64,000 nt of DNA from Octopus sinensis (taxonomy: Eukaryota). Where the stretch lies: contig NC_042997.1 in the NCBI RefSeq assembly GCF_006345805.1, positions 159,216,001 to 159,280,000 on the forward strand, in the 5' to 3' direction. Made by a program: the position numbers and the translations under genes. Of this stretch, positions 26,914 through 40,774 are shown piece after piece. The notes under the pieces were generated by a model that was not told the DNA's origin, searched no databases, and saw only the letters and a list, made by a program, of their open reading frames with translations. Every line of letters begins with the position of its first letter. The first letter of the stretch is position 1.

Positions 26914-28104
26914 CACATGCTGACATAGAACCAACGTTGAACCCTTTATTCACAATATTACCAAATCTGGAACTTAACTATGGTCTGTCTATAGCACTTA
27001 TTCAGCATTACCTGACACCTTTGGGTCCAGTTCATTAATAGAATCAGTAGATAGCCTAGGACAACAATGAAGGTAAATGAGTGTCTCCTTGTAACATGCC
27101 TGACAGGCTGTCACACTATTTGCTGTTGCCACCTGTGGTCACCATCTTGTTTCTCGTGCCTCAATACAGGGTTTCTTTGACCCAGAGTAGGTTGAGAGGT
27201 ACAACTGTAGACCACAAGTATTTTCATCATCATGCCCCTGTGCACTGAATAAGAAAGAAGTGTTTTTGAAAAGGATAAAACAGCACCACTGTCAGGTTAC
27301 TATTTTTCATCTCAATGAGCTTAACTCTTTAGCATTCTGATTACTGTGTTAAACGTAATATTTATTTATTCAGATTATCTTATAGATGTGAGATTTTGAT
27401 GTGATGGTATATTTTTAGAATGACATTGTAGACTAGGTGTGAGAAACTGGATTGAGCCAGTATGAACATAAAATAGGTAAAATATATGAGTCAGAAAAGG
27501 CCAGTTTAAACGCTAATGGGCTATGGTCAATATCTAAGATACAACACTTCTTATTGCACAAAAGCTGTTTTGATTTTTCTCCAAGTTGGGGTTGATAGCA
27601 TCCCACTGATTCAGTATTATACAGCTGTACATCTTTATTTACTATGATGCATCTCTTACTTATGCCACAGTTTTGACACATTGCCAGATTTAAGCATTGG
27701 GAAGATGCTAGAAAGGGATTACAAGTCAAGTTTGTTGTTTTACATCTGTACACTGTCTAACATTATGTCATCAAATTCACAACACAGGCCTCTCTCTCTC
27801 TCTCATTTTATATATGTACACACACGTACACACATTTGGCTCCAGAACAGTTTCCAAATGTTATTCACAAAGCATTAATCAACCAATGGTAATGGTAGAA
27901 AACTTGCTCAAGGTGTTTCAAAGGGATTGAGTTCAGAAGTATGTGTAAAATGAGCTGCACAAGCCATGCCAGCAACTTCATATATAAAAATTAGAACACC
28001 CCAGCTTGTAAATATTCTATAACAATGCTTTTTCAATATATGTAGATTATGAACCAATGGTTGTTCAGCAAAGTATTATGTATATAGTACTACATATATA
28101 CAAG

Positions 28105-28167
<63 letters not shown>

Positions 28168-29279
28168 TGCGTGTGTGCGTGTGTGTGTGTGTGCGCACGC
28201 ACACACGTGCATGTGTGCGTGTGTGTGTGCATGTGTGTGTGCATGTGTGTGTGCATGCGCACACATACAGAGAGAGAGAAAGAGGGAAGCATGGGCCTCC
28301 ATCCTTTCAGATTCTGTCAAAGTGTCCAAATCATACCAGCATATTAAATGGGAACAAATTGATGATGATGATACATTAAGATGGAAGATAACTGAATACC
28401 AAGTATGATCATCACTTGTTAATGAGCTTCAAAGTGAAGATAACATTTTAGCCCAGCCAATAATTCTGCAGCTTTTGCCATAGCTATAGCATAAACGTCT
28501 TGTCTCACTTAAATGCAATGCAGAATCATGACATTTGGCATTATACAAGTAATGTTCAGTATATTATATATATATCTATATATATATATAGTTTGATTTT
28601 ACAAGAGTCCAGTACATAATTTATTTTGTATAGCAATGAATTCCAATACAATCTAGTACATATACTATATTTACAAGAAAGGTCAAAATTGAGAGTGTGA
28701 AACTAAAATATAATAATTTAAAACATATCACTTATTTTAGATACTAAAAGTAGGGAATACGTTATAATTGGAATTGTATTGTACTTGAATAAATATGTCA
28801 TGTCTAGACTTAATACATGAGTTATCTAAATGTATGATAGATTTGTTCTAAGAATATCTAGGAATACTACCACTCAGCGAGTGGGTGGACAGATTGATGG
28901 ATGGATGGATAGTGTGTATGCTTGAGAGTAGGAGTTGTTCTTGCTATTGTTTAGCTCCATGTTGTCTCTGATTGAGGCAAACTAAGATTAAAGACATTGG
29001 ACAAGGTGATCCTATACACCATACCTTTGGAAAAGATGAGACTGTCAAAACTATGTACAGTTGTGAAAGTATTAAGGTTGTTGTTTAACTTCAGGTCAGT
29101 ATTGATCAAGGCTATCTTGTCTTTTTGTATATCTACAATTACACTGTTGTATGTATTCTTCTGGGTTTTTAAACTTGTCAAGAGCAATTTGGTTGCACTT
29201 TCTAGCCTGTCAAATAACTGCCTGGAAGCTCCCTAATTCATCATCATTGTTTGACTGTGGTTGAGACAATGGAATTTAC

Positions 29280-29450
29280 TATTTTACGCCAGACCTCATG
29301 GTCCATCATAGCATTACAGAAGTCCTGTTGCTGGATGCCTGTATCCCTGGCGATTACATCAGGGTAGGAGAGTGTGCACCCTTTGGTATCGCGAGCAGAT
29401 GGCTTCCAGAGGAGAAGAGTAGAAATACCTCGTTTTCAGCTCCCTCATTA
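29280..29450 (-). mobile_element. RTE-type LINE C-terminal remnant
   Basis: Reads ISTLLLWKPSARDTKGCTLSYPDVIARDTGIQQQDFCNAMMDHEVWRK, resembling the LLW.P...RGRP.LTY.D...RDTG...AM.DR..WR end of RTE ORFs. Confidence 0.65.
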
Positions 29451-32323
29451 GCTTTTCCTTAAAAGTGCAAGTATGCAAGGATGTACAAATGCTGCTGTAT
29501 TCCTATTTAGACATTTCTTACTATGTATGTTTATGAAATGTATGCATGGATATGATTACATAGAATGATTATTATCCATTTATTATATAATTGTGTAGGA
29601 GGATATAATTGTGTATATATGTGAGTTTGTGTTTATGAGTACAAAAGTATACAAAGGTATATGCGAGACTGTGTATGAGCATGTACATATACTCGTACAT
29701 ATTTGTGAGAGAGCATACATTCATGTGTTGTATGTTAGTATGTGTGTCAGAAGAGGCAGCTATTGTGTGGGTGTGAATACAAGCAATCTCCTTGTCAGAC
29801 ACTTTAACATTACAAGCAACAAAACCACAACTTGAAGAAAATGTCAACATAGTTCTAGAGTCTAAACAGTCCAAATAAATGCTATTTCTAGCATGGTTCT
29901 TAATTTGATCCAAAAATCAATAACTAAATATTTCTCAACATCAGTATGATATTTAGTTGTTTAGTTGATTTAACGATCTTGGCTAAAACACTAGATTTGC
30001 CCACACAAGAAAAAAATATTGATTGCAAGCACAGACACAAGGATTGAAATTTTGGGAGGAAGGCACAATCGATTAAGATCAGTCCCCTTTCCACAGAAGA
30101 GTTTTGTTTTATCAACCCAAGATGATGAAAGACAAAGTTAACCTTTACATGGTTCAGGCTCACAATATAAAGGGGTATAACTTTTATACAAGACATTCTG
30201 TTTGATGTTCAACCAATATTTGTCAATCTCAGAAATAATATTGATTTCTTACATTCTTACTTTAGCACAAGCCCATAAGTGTGACATGTGGGGGTAGCTA
30301 TAGTTGACTGAATCAATCCTGCTATTTGACTGATATTTATTTTATCAAACTCTGATGGGTGAAATGTGAAGTCAGCAAGGGTCAGATTCAAACTGCTAAC
30401 ATAGTAAATATTGCCAAACATTTGGTCTTGTATGCTACCATTTCTGTAAAACCACTCGTCAAGCCATACATTTCACTGATGTTAGATTCCAGTTGCAGAG
30501 ACTAAGAACTGCAAAAAGACCAATTTGACACATCATGTGGCATAGAGAAATAAGTTAAAAGTTTGATAACAGACAAATTATATGAACATGGAAGTACACC
30601 TATTTCCATTGCAAGATTGTCGTTACTGTTGCTGTTTATCCCTAAATAAACCTAATGGAATAACTTAAAATTAATAAAATATTACAATTCTCCTGACAAA
30701 TCAGAATACTTTGTTCTAATCATGGCCTCAACCAAGCCCTCATGTTAATGTTAAAGCCACACAATGCAATCTACTCCTCTCTGAAATCATCATTCTTGGA
30801 GACTTCAGTTCATGAAATTCTCCCAAGCTTTCTTTCCACAATGTCAATTCTCTTTCAAAGTACAGGAAGTGGAACTACAACTCTGGTTATTACATTACAA
30901 AAATGAGAAAGAAATATGAATACCTGGCTAGGACACTAGTCTATCACGGTATCTTTCTCAAAAGGTCTACTACCTATTCTACAATGTAGAATGATATGAC
31001 TTGCACTCAGATACATGAAAACATATGCAACAATATGTGAATTCACAATGCATGAGACAGCAGTTCAAATAAAATATTCACTAGTTCATTTTGTCTCTAT
31101 ACTGTAAATAACAGACAAATTAGAATTGCCACTTCATCAAACATATTGATTCAGATCACCTGTAAATCAATCACAGGCATAACTGTTGCTAAAAACCTCA
31201 TTTTCCAACCATGTGGTTTCAGGTTCAGTCTACTGCATGACACTTTAGGCAAGTGTCCTTTACAATAGTTGTGGATTGATCAATACCTTGTGACTGAATT
31301 TGAAAGATGGAAACTGTGTGGAAGCCTGTCTTGTGTGTGTGTATGTGCGTGTTTGTGTGTACAAATAGATATACGACTGCTACTGTTAAGTTCAGAGCAC
31401 TATGAAGATTTTCAGAGTATGGTCTGCTTCCAGTATAGAATCTACTATTTCTAACATATCATCATCATCATTTAGCAACCGTTTTCCATGCTAGCATGGG
31501 TAAGACAGTTAGACAGAGAGCTGCACCATGATCCAGTCTGTTTTGGCCTAGTTTCTATGGCCGGATGCCCTTCCTAATGCCAACCACTCCACATAATGTT
31601 CAGGGTTGACTTCTACATGTCACTAGCATGAGTGCCTTTTACATGTCACCAGCACTGGCCATGAACAGGATTTCACTTAGTTTGGTGAGTCTACTCAAGC
31701 ACAATGAATCACCAGAAGTCTCATCCACTTGTCATCATGTCCATGAGACTTAACATCTAAAGATCACATTTTGCCACTTCATCCCATGTCTTCCGGGGTC
31801 TACCAAGCTACAGTAATTAAAATATATAACCAGGGATACTTTACAGCTCCTTTAAACAGCAATGACTTGGCATTAATTTATAAATAAAAGGCACAAAATA
31901 TCTGGAGTCAATCAATAAGGACTGGGATGGAAGTCCATTATACAATTCTCTGACTGAGTTATTGGTAGTTGTCAGCAAAGCCACAGCTAGTCAAGCAGTT
32001 CCTATTCTGCACACTATCATTCACTTTGCCCTGTGTACATGGCCAAGACAGTTGACCCTCACTAACTGAGTCCAACAAACTGTAAGCAGACATGAAGATA
32101 TAAAACCCATTATAGGAAGCAATCAAAGTGACATTAACTTTGTAATACTACAATACAATCCTACATTACAGTACATACAGTACACTAGTGGATGGGTTAA
32201 AGATATCACTCAGCCTTTTAAGACTCAAAGACAATATAAGGTTGAACTTCAGTCAATCATGACACATCTCAATAATGATGTTGGCTCAAAAATGAAATAA
32301 TAATTATGATTTATATGCATATA

Positions 32324-32372
<49 letters not shown>

Positions 32373-32400
32373 TTTATTTTAAGCAGCAGAAAATTCAACA

Positions 32401-32447
32401 AAATCTGTTACTCTGAGTTTCTCGTTGCCGTTCATCAGACAGTTTTT
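32401..32447 (-). ncRNA. Type I hammerhead-ribozyme-like motif (complete core, mismatched helix II closing pair)
   Basis: Minus strand: ctgt-CTGATGA-a-cg-gcaa-cg-a-GAAA-ct-cag-ag-TA-acag. Helix I is ctgt/acag; helix III is act/agt, giving a GUA triplet. Confidence 0.65.
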
Positions 32448-32529
32448 TTTTGTTTTTTTTTATCTAGTTTCAGCTCAAGAGCTGTGGCCATGCTGGGGCA
32501 CCGCCATTATATATATATATACACACATA

Positions 32530-32561
<32 letters not shown>

Positions 32562-33583
32562 CAGACACATATATATATATACAGACACATATATACACAT
32601 ATCCTCATCATCATTTAACATCCGCTTTCTATGCTGGTATAGGTTGGACAGCTCTTATGGCATGTTTTCTACGCCTGGATTCCCTTCCTAATACCAACCA
32701 CTTTATAGAGTATACACACACACATATAATCATCATATTCATTTGGTGTCTGTTTTCCATACTGACATGGGTTAGATGGTTAAAGAGGAGTTGGCAAACT
32801 AGAGAACTGCACCAAGCTCAATTGTCTACTTTGGGAAGCTTTCTTATTTCTTTACTGCCCACAAGAGCTAAATGTAGAGGGGACAAACAAGGACAAAGAA
32901 AGGGATTAAGTCGATTACATCGACCCCAGTGCGTAACTGGTACTTAATTTATCGACCCCGAAAGGATGAAAGGCAAAGTCAACCTTGGCAGAATTTGAAC
33001 TCAGAATGTAACGGCAGACAAAATACTGCTAAGCATTTCGCCCAGGAAGGTTTCTATGGTTGGATGCCCTTCCTAACAGTAACCACTTTACTATATATAT
33101 AAATAGGGTGCTTTTTACATGATACCAGCACCTGTGGGGGGTCATCAAGTAAGTTATAAGATAAAGACCACTCTTTGTAAATACACACATACATCATTAT
33201 TATTCTAGTTGTTTTGTGCAGTAATTGAATAATTAGATTATTCAGGATTTCAGAAAGTCCATCTGCTATTGGCCAACATGCTACTCTAATTTCATCAAGC
33301 TCCAGTTCTGCACACAAAACCCAAAGGAATTATCTTACACATCAAGTGATATAATATGTAGCTTCTTACCACACATTGGAATAACTATTCTTGTTTGCTA
33401 ATAAACTAGCACCAAACATTGATATACAGATTATCAACCAGGAAATTTTCAATCAATGAGAGAACATAGATGCACAGATGTGTTTGAAAGGCATTTGGTA
33501 TTTAGGATTAAAAGTTCAAATTTCCTTCTCTTGATAATACATTGGGAGATAATACCAGCTTCAAAGTAAGGAGAGAATAGTTA

Positions 33584-33819
33584 CTTATTTCTTTACTACC
33601 CACAAGGGGCTAAACACAGAGGGGACAAACAAGGAAACTCAAACGGATTAAGTCGATTACATCGACCCCAGTGCGTAACTGGTACTTAGTTTATTGACAC
33701 CGAAAGGATGAAAGGCAAAGTCGACCTCGGCAGAATTTGAACTCAGAATGTAATGGCAGACGAAATACTGCTACGCATTTCGCCCGGCATGCTAACGTTT
33801 CTGCCAGCTCACCGCCTTA
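33584..33819 (-). mobile_element. Full-length 'family A' SINE with a 12-bp TSD
   Basis: TSD agagaatagtta at 33572-33583 and 33820-33831. Confidence 0.9.
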
Positions 33820-34749
33820 AGAGAATAGTTATTACAAAGTAATTTATAAGTTTTGTTGAGATACAATGCAAATCATTCCCATGCATTTATCCATTGCCCA
33901 CTAATCACCTACCTATGAGCTAACATTGAACAATCTCCATGCCTTCTTGTAGATAAGCATATCCAATAAGACCAGTAGCCAAATGCATCACAGGTGATTC
34001 CAGGTGTATTTAGGAAGCTTAATTCATTGTAGAGACTGAGTGACATAGTTGTTGTAATAGTAGTGGTTACAAAATGTAGAAAAGGTCAGGTTGTTGACCT
34101 AATTCATTACAAGGATTATAACACACAGATTACATTTGCAATCATGGCAAAAACGTTTTAACAACTATATAGGAAAAGGAAGGTGGGATGGATAGAGGGG
34201 AGAGGTTAAGCTTCAATAAAACTTGCTTCAACTTGAAGAGAGAGAGAGAGAGAGAGAGAGAGGCATCTTTTGAGAATTTTATGAAATATGACACTGTAAA
34301 GTATGGGGTGGGTGAATAATTTGACTTCCAATCTACAATATATGTACTGTAAATTGAATGGGTGGGGAGTGAGCTTATGTTTTGATTTGTCTTAAAGTTT
34401 GTCAGGGTTTCAGGGTTCTCAGACCTTTTTCAATGCCTGCATGTTTTTTTTATATTTTTTTTTATTTTGTATATTCTATTAAGTTGCACACCCTTATACA
34501 TAATTTATATTTTATAAACTTAAATTTTAAATATTCACTTTCAACAATTAATTTTGTATTTGCTTGTTTATGTAGTTTACAATTCATTTGGAATTGTGAG
34601 AACAAAGATTATTATTATTATTATTATTATTATTTATTAAGGTTTTCTCTACAACCAGGATAGTTTTGTTTCAATTTTTCAACATAAGTGTCAAAAATAG
34701 AATATCTTTAAGTAAATTAAAGAGATTTTTTAAAGATTTTATTCCTAGT

Positions 34750-34765
34750 TTCATTATTATTATTA

Positions 34766-34799
<34 letters not shown>

Positions 34800-34866
34800 T
34801 TATTATTATTATCATTATTATTATTATCATTATTATTATTATTATTATTATCATTATTATTATTGT
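34750..34866. repeat. (TAT)n/(CAT) microsatellite
   Basis: Direct reading; it lies about 95 nt into the intron from the 34960 donor. Confidence 0.95.
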
Positions 34867-34959
34867 TATTTTTATTTCCTAAAATTTCTTCTGCTAAAAA
34901 AAAAAAAAAGAAGAAGCTGTTGGGTGAATAGAGAAACTCAGTTTCCGATAACAAAGTAC

Positions 34960-35140
34960 CTGAATGACACTCGTCAACTGTCCCAGTTTCATTTTGAGCA
35001 ATGCAATTTCATCCATAACTTGTGAGAATGTATCAGCATCAATGAGCACTACCTCTTTGCCATCAACAACAAATGATGTCACCTCAGAGTTAGCAGGCAG
35101 ACACAGAAGTGATCCAGCTGTGCTTGAACTGTCACCTTCC
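34960..35140 (-). CDS. Internal coding exon (R-EGDSSSTAGSLLCLPANSEVTSFVVDGKEVVLIDADTFSQVMDEIALLKMKLGQLTSVIQ), ending in a coiled-coil-like helix
   Basis: Acceptor ttgcatttctgtttacAG and donor cag|GTACTT; 181 nt. Its phase-2 start completes AG|G (Arg) with the 49295 exon, and it ends in phase 0. Confidence 0.85.
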
Positions 35141-36384
35141 CTGTAAACAGAAATGCAACAATTGTTAGAGTTAATAGCCAATAATACAAGACAATAAAAG
35201 ACAATTTTACATCTGAACTCCAAAGTAACATATCATTTCTATATTGATTTCAACTATTATCACTTCTCTTTATGCGTTTAATTTCTATATGAATCATAAG
35301 CCAACAATGCAGTTTCCTAACCTACAAGATGAAGCAACCAAATTTCTTTCAATACACACAAAAAGGCTGACTGGCCATAGCTGATGCCTTTAACCACAAG
35401 TAGACTGATTTGATCAGAGATGAGATGGGGATTGACAACAAATACGGCAGCCAATGTTTGGAGTTAAAAAGAGAAGTTTCAACAACCAATTTTGTCTAGT
35501 TCTAAGTTGATATTATTCGAGGGGTACAGCTCATCATAGTAAGCCATATAACTGACATGCATGTTACATTCACTTTTAATGTATTCATATATGTATCCAT
35601 GCTAGTGGGGCACTAAGCACACCACCTGAGCGTGATCATTGCCAGAGCAGCTAACTGGTTTCCGTGCCGGTGGTACATAAAAAGCGTGATCGTTACCAGT
35701 GTTGCCTTACTGGCACGTGAAAAAACATTCAAGTGAGGTCGTTGCCAGTGCCGCTGGACTGGCTCCTGTGCAGGTGGCACGTAAAAAACACCATTTGAGC
35801 ATGGCCGTTGCCAGTATTGCCTGACAGGCGCTCGTGCCAGTGGCACATAAAAGCACCCACTACACTCTCAGAATTGTTGGCATTAGGAAGGACATCCAGC
35901 TGTAGAAACTCTACCAGATCAGATTGGAGTCTGGTGTAGCCATCTGGTTCGCCAGTCCTCGGTCAAATCGTCCAACCCATGCTAGCATGGAAAGCGGACA
36001 TTAAATGATGATGATGATGATGATGATGTGGTAAATTCAAACTGGATTTCTTTTTTGGGAGAGAGAGACCATTCAGCAGTTTAACCCTTTAAATACCAAC
36101 CCACCTGAGAACACCCCTGGTTCTATATACAAGCTTCTTTTAAAGCGATCCAAGTACAAAACTTCCATCAAAATTTCAAGTCGATCTATGTTCCATGTAC
36201 TAGAGTAATACTGACAGTTATTTTACTAAATTTTTTCGTTATTTCCAAAATCAATTAAAACAAAGACAGTGCATTACATTGGTAATATGGTACCAGGTAA
36301 CAAAGATTTTACTGCTGCAAGAATGACATGAACTTCAGTAGACTTTGTCTGTTAGACCAGACTCCTCTGTATAAGTGAAACATA

Positions 36385-37030
36385 TGAGGCAAATCAAAAA
36401 TTATCTGCACTTTCACCATAATATATCTTTACTATTGTCACACTGCCTTCTGCACATGCATGATTATAGTTGGTACTACTGTGGTCATGTGTTTGAAGTT
36501 TGAGCCTGATCATAATATTTTTTTTTCTGGCTTTACAGCGTAAGCATGGCCACTCCAATAGCAATGTGCACCAGAGAGGAACAACGAGCAGTGATCTCAG
36601 AGATGGTAATGGTGAACCAGTTTGCCACTACCATCTCTCAAGCTTGCTGAATCTTCTGGCGTCCTGCTCCCTCTTCATGCATCATGCTTGTCCAGCCACT
36701 CTTAAACTTCTCAATCCACCCATACACACTACTATGTGATAGTGCACTGTCCCAGTATTGTGCCAAAAGCCTCTGATGAATTTCAGCACTTGACACACCT
36801 TTCAATCAAAGAAATCGGATGACTGCTCTTTGTTCTTCTTTGGTGCACATTACAGTGTAAGCATGGCTGCTCCACTAGCAAAACCAGAAAGAAAAATGGT
36901 ACGATCAGTCTCAAACTTCGATAAAGTGACCACAATAGTACCAACTATAAGCATGCTTGCACAGAAAGCAGTGTGACAATAATAAAGATAGGGTATGGCG
37001 AAAGTGCAGATAATTTTTGATTTCACCTCA
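36385..37030. mobile_element. Non-autonomous mariner derivative with long inverted arms (copy 2), with TA target duplication
   Basis: TA|tgaggcaaatcaaaaattatctgcac at the left end and gtgcagataatttttgatttcacctca|TA at the right; homologous to 4346-4975 throughout. Confidence 0.9.
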
Positions 37031-39473
37031 TATGATATTGACAAAAATTATTTAAATTAGGATTATTAAGCTTTTAGCATTCACATTATTTTGTCATAAG
37101 TAATTCTTATTGATTGACATGGTTTGAATTAACGATTCATTATTTTGTGGCTTTGAGATTTTGATGAGGTAACTTAATTTTTAGAACAATATTGACCAGT
37201 TTCAACCTAAAACAAGTAGAATATTTTGGCCAGATATGGCCAGTTTAAATGCTAAAGGATTAAGGGTAATACACTAAAACCACTTGTCAATTCTCTACAA
37301 GAGTGGTAAGGAATACATAATGCCTTATCCAAGACACAGAACAGTAATATTGTCAGTAACAGTGGTACATTAACTTGTTAACTGCCATGGCCTGTTACAG
37401 GAACTTATCAGTGATGCTACATATTTCATGCGATTACACTGCATACTGTTTAATTACAACGAAATATAATTATTTTGTATTTTCATAATATTTCATAATT
37501 ATACTCTAATATTTAGCACTCTTACTATTTAAATACCATTGAAGCCAAGTCAATACAGAATAAAATATTTTCTCTAATTATGAAAATGTACCACTGGTGG
37601 TGCATATGGTGGTTGTGTGAAGTTTGTGATGTACCATTAACAGTGGTACATGTGGCAGTTAGCATGTTATGTTATAATACTTTCACTGATAGTCCTATGC
37701 CTTTCTAACGAGGGACTCTAGAGCTTTTCAGCAGCTGTAGCAGGATGAAAAGAGATTAAGCATCCCACTTGTCTTCAAATATGTGCACTGATTGTGGGCA
37801 AACATCACCGTTTATACAAATAGTGTTATTTATTTCTATTCCTCAGACTAAGGGAAATATTACCTTGCTTGAAAAGGTGTGATGATAATGATGATGCATA
37901 AATAAGAATTCAATGCATCTATGATAAAGTTCTAAGTGGTACTTCAACAAAAACAAAATTCATAAGTTCTCCTCTTTTTCAAATCCCAACACAAGACTAC
38001 TTAAGTTCCAGTCTGTGCTTAAAACTTGCACTTTACATGGATAACACATCTAGACACAAATAGGGTATGATAGCAGCATAACAGAACTACATAATATGAG
38101 TTAATGTGAAATACACTAAAATAAACATTTAAATCATCAAATCTAACAATCACTAAGCAATGCATCATGCCAGAACACACAACACACTTCCAAACACCAT
38201 GTGAGCCAACATACACACAGATATACATACATATATTTATGCATAAAAACATACATATATACATCATCATCATCATCATCATCATTTAACGTTAGCTTTC
38301 CATGCTGGCATGGGTTGGACGATTTGACTGAGCACTGGTGAACCAGATGGCTGCACCAGGCTCCAATCTGATCTGGCAAGGTTTCACATATATCATATAT
38401 ACATACATGTAGGCTCATACATTTATACATTTATAAATATGCATACTGATATACATACATACATGCACACACACACACACATACACATATAATGAATAAT
38501 TTGGACAAATACATATAATTCGATTAATGTGTTTAAATGTTGAGCAGAGCACCAGCACAGTTTAGGCTACCTATTGTCATCTGCTATTTCTTTATTATTA
38601 TATATATATATATATTATCATTTAATGTCTGTCTTCTCTGCTGGCATGGGTTGGATGGCTTGACAGAATCCGACTAGCCAAAGAGCTGCATTGAGCTTAA
38701 TACATCATCTTTATCTGCTATTTCTTTATTATTATATATATATATATATATATATATATTCTTTTATTCTTGTACTCATTTCAGCTATGTGTTCGCGGTC
38801 ATGCTGGAGCACAACCGTGAAGACACACACACATACACTATGTGGTAGAAAGTTTGCTTTCAGACCACATGGTTCCAGGTTCAATCACAGTGACACCTTG
38901 GGAAAATGACTTCCACTCTAGATACAAAGCCTTGTGAGTAGATTTGATAGATAGAAACTGAACAATGCCCATCATGTATATGTATATGTGTATAAATATA
39001 TATAAGTGTGTGTCTTTGTATTTGCCCCAGCATTGCTTGACAACCAGTGTTGGTTTGTTCATATCCCTGTAACTTTGCAATTCAGCAAAAGAGTTTGAAA
39101 GAATAAGTACCAGAGCTGGCAGAAACATTAGCACGCCAGGTGAAATGCTTAGCGGTATTTCGTCTGCCACTACGTTCTGAGTTCAAATTCCGCCTAGGTT
39201 GACTTTGCTTTTCATCCTTTCAGAGTCGATTAAATAAGTACCAGTTATGCACTGGGGTCAATATAATCAACTTAATTCGTTTGTCTGTCCTTGATTGTCC
39301 CCTCCATGTGTAGCCCCTTGTGTACAGTAAAGAAATAAGAATAAGTACCAGATTCAAATAAGAAATACTGAGGTTGATTCATTCGGCTAAAAACCCTTGA
39401 AGGTGTTGCCCCAATATGGCCACAAACTAATGACAAACAAGTTAAGAGATAAAAGAAAATAATAAATATATAA

Positions 39474-39506
<33 letters not shown>

Positions 39507-40774
39507 CATGCATTGAAGCACTAATGATAGATTCTTCTGGTGAAAAAAGAATCTATCCTGCCATGGAAAGGGAATGATTAAAGAGTATGTGTGTGTGAGT
39601 TAGAGAGAGAGAGAGTAATTCAAATGAAGAAAAAAACAAGCATATACACAATACACACATGTGAACATTGGTGGTGCACAAATACATACTGTGTATGTAT
39701 ATTTGAGAGTGGGGTACATGTATATGTATTCATGTGATCAGCACTTGTATGCGTATGAGTATGTGTATATGTGCCAGTAGAGTAGTTTAACTTTCTCTAT
39801 CTTACTGTTTATCTAACAATTTTCTATATGCATCTTTGGTGCAAACTGTCAAAGATTGAATATCTAGCTATGTATTTTATTATCTATATCTTAATGATTG
39901 CATTTCTAACTTTCTTCATAACATGTGTACACCAGCATGTTCCAAATAGTTTTCCCAACTATTATTGAAGCTGAAGGTGCATTCACAGAATAATTTTATA
40001 AGAAAGCAGAACAAGAGCATAAATTTTTATTAAAATATATTTGGTTTCTGCTATATATATATATATATATGTGTGTATAAATACATACATGTATATACAC
40101 ACAAACACATATATATACACATACATATTTATATACATATATACAGACGTTTATATACATATATATATACATGTTTATATACATATACATACATGTTTGT
40201 ATACATATACATATTTATATTTATACACACACACACACATATTTATATGCACACACACACACACGCATATACATACATATATATATATATACACACACAC
40301 ATAAGTGTGTGTGTGTGTATAAGTCTGTATTTATTATATATCATATTTACAAGTAAATAATTCTTTATAGAATATTCACTTTCCAATAATCAAAGGTGAG
40401 AGCTGCTATATGAATTTCAATTTTTTTTCAATGTTTATAATTAATTTCTTTTGTTTTGATCATGCTCCATCATTGGATTTTTTAATATTTTTCTTTCATC
40501 TCCACAAATATCAAAAAAAAGATATTTTTCAAGAAATAGAGCATAGAGTGAGCAAAAGAAAGAGAGCAAGAGAGAGAGGCGGGGTTGCAAGCGAAATATA
40601 TTCAAAAGCATGATTATTAAAAGATTTGAATATAAACATGTTTACTTAATGAAATGAGATGTTGAAGTAACCAACACTTCATCTCCCCTTCTCACACTCT
40701 CTCTTTCTCCCATCCTCTCTTATTCTTCCCTACTTACTGTACCATTATTATTATTAGTAGTAGTTGTAATATTA

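Noticed and set aside
27649-27698. 48-nt exon candidate (tttctag|catctt...cataa|gtaaga)
   Set aside because: It has good splice signals, but no independent support and no phase match to the confident exons.
28311-28402. Plus-strand exon candidate (DSVKVSKSYQHIKWEQIDDDDTLRWKITEYQ) with good splice sites
   Set aside because: The sequence matches the decayed common SINE tail (gtcaaa..gtccaa..catgccagcatgg...gatgatgatg), and no partner exons were found.
33193-33397. Two extra minus-strand exon candidates (33397-33370, QTRIVIPMC; 33307-33193, ELELDEIRVACWPIADGLSEILNNL...)
   Set aside because: They are phase-compatible but need a 62-nt intron. The last donor lies in a SINE-tail microsatellite, part of the sequence resembles a decayed family-A head, and continuing in frame leads into the TGA-containing 27244 exon. 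Not excluded; RNA-seq would decide.
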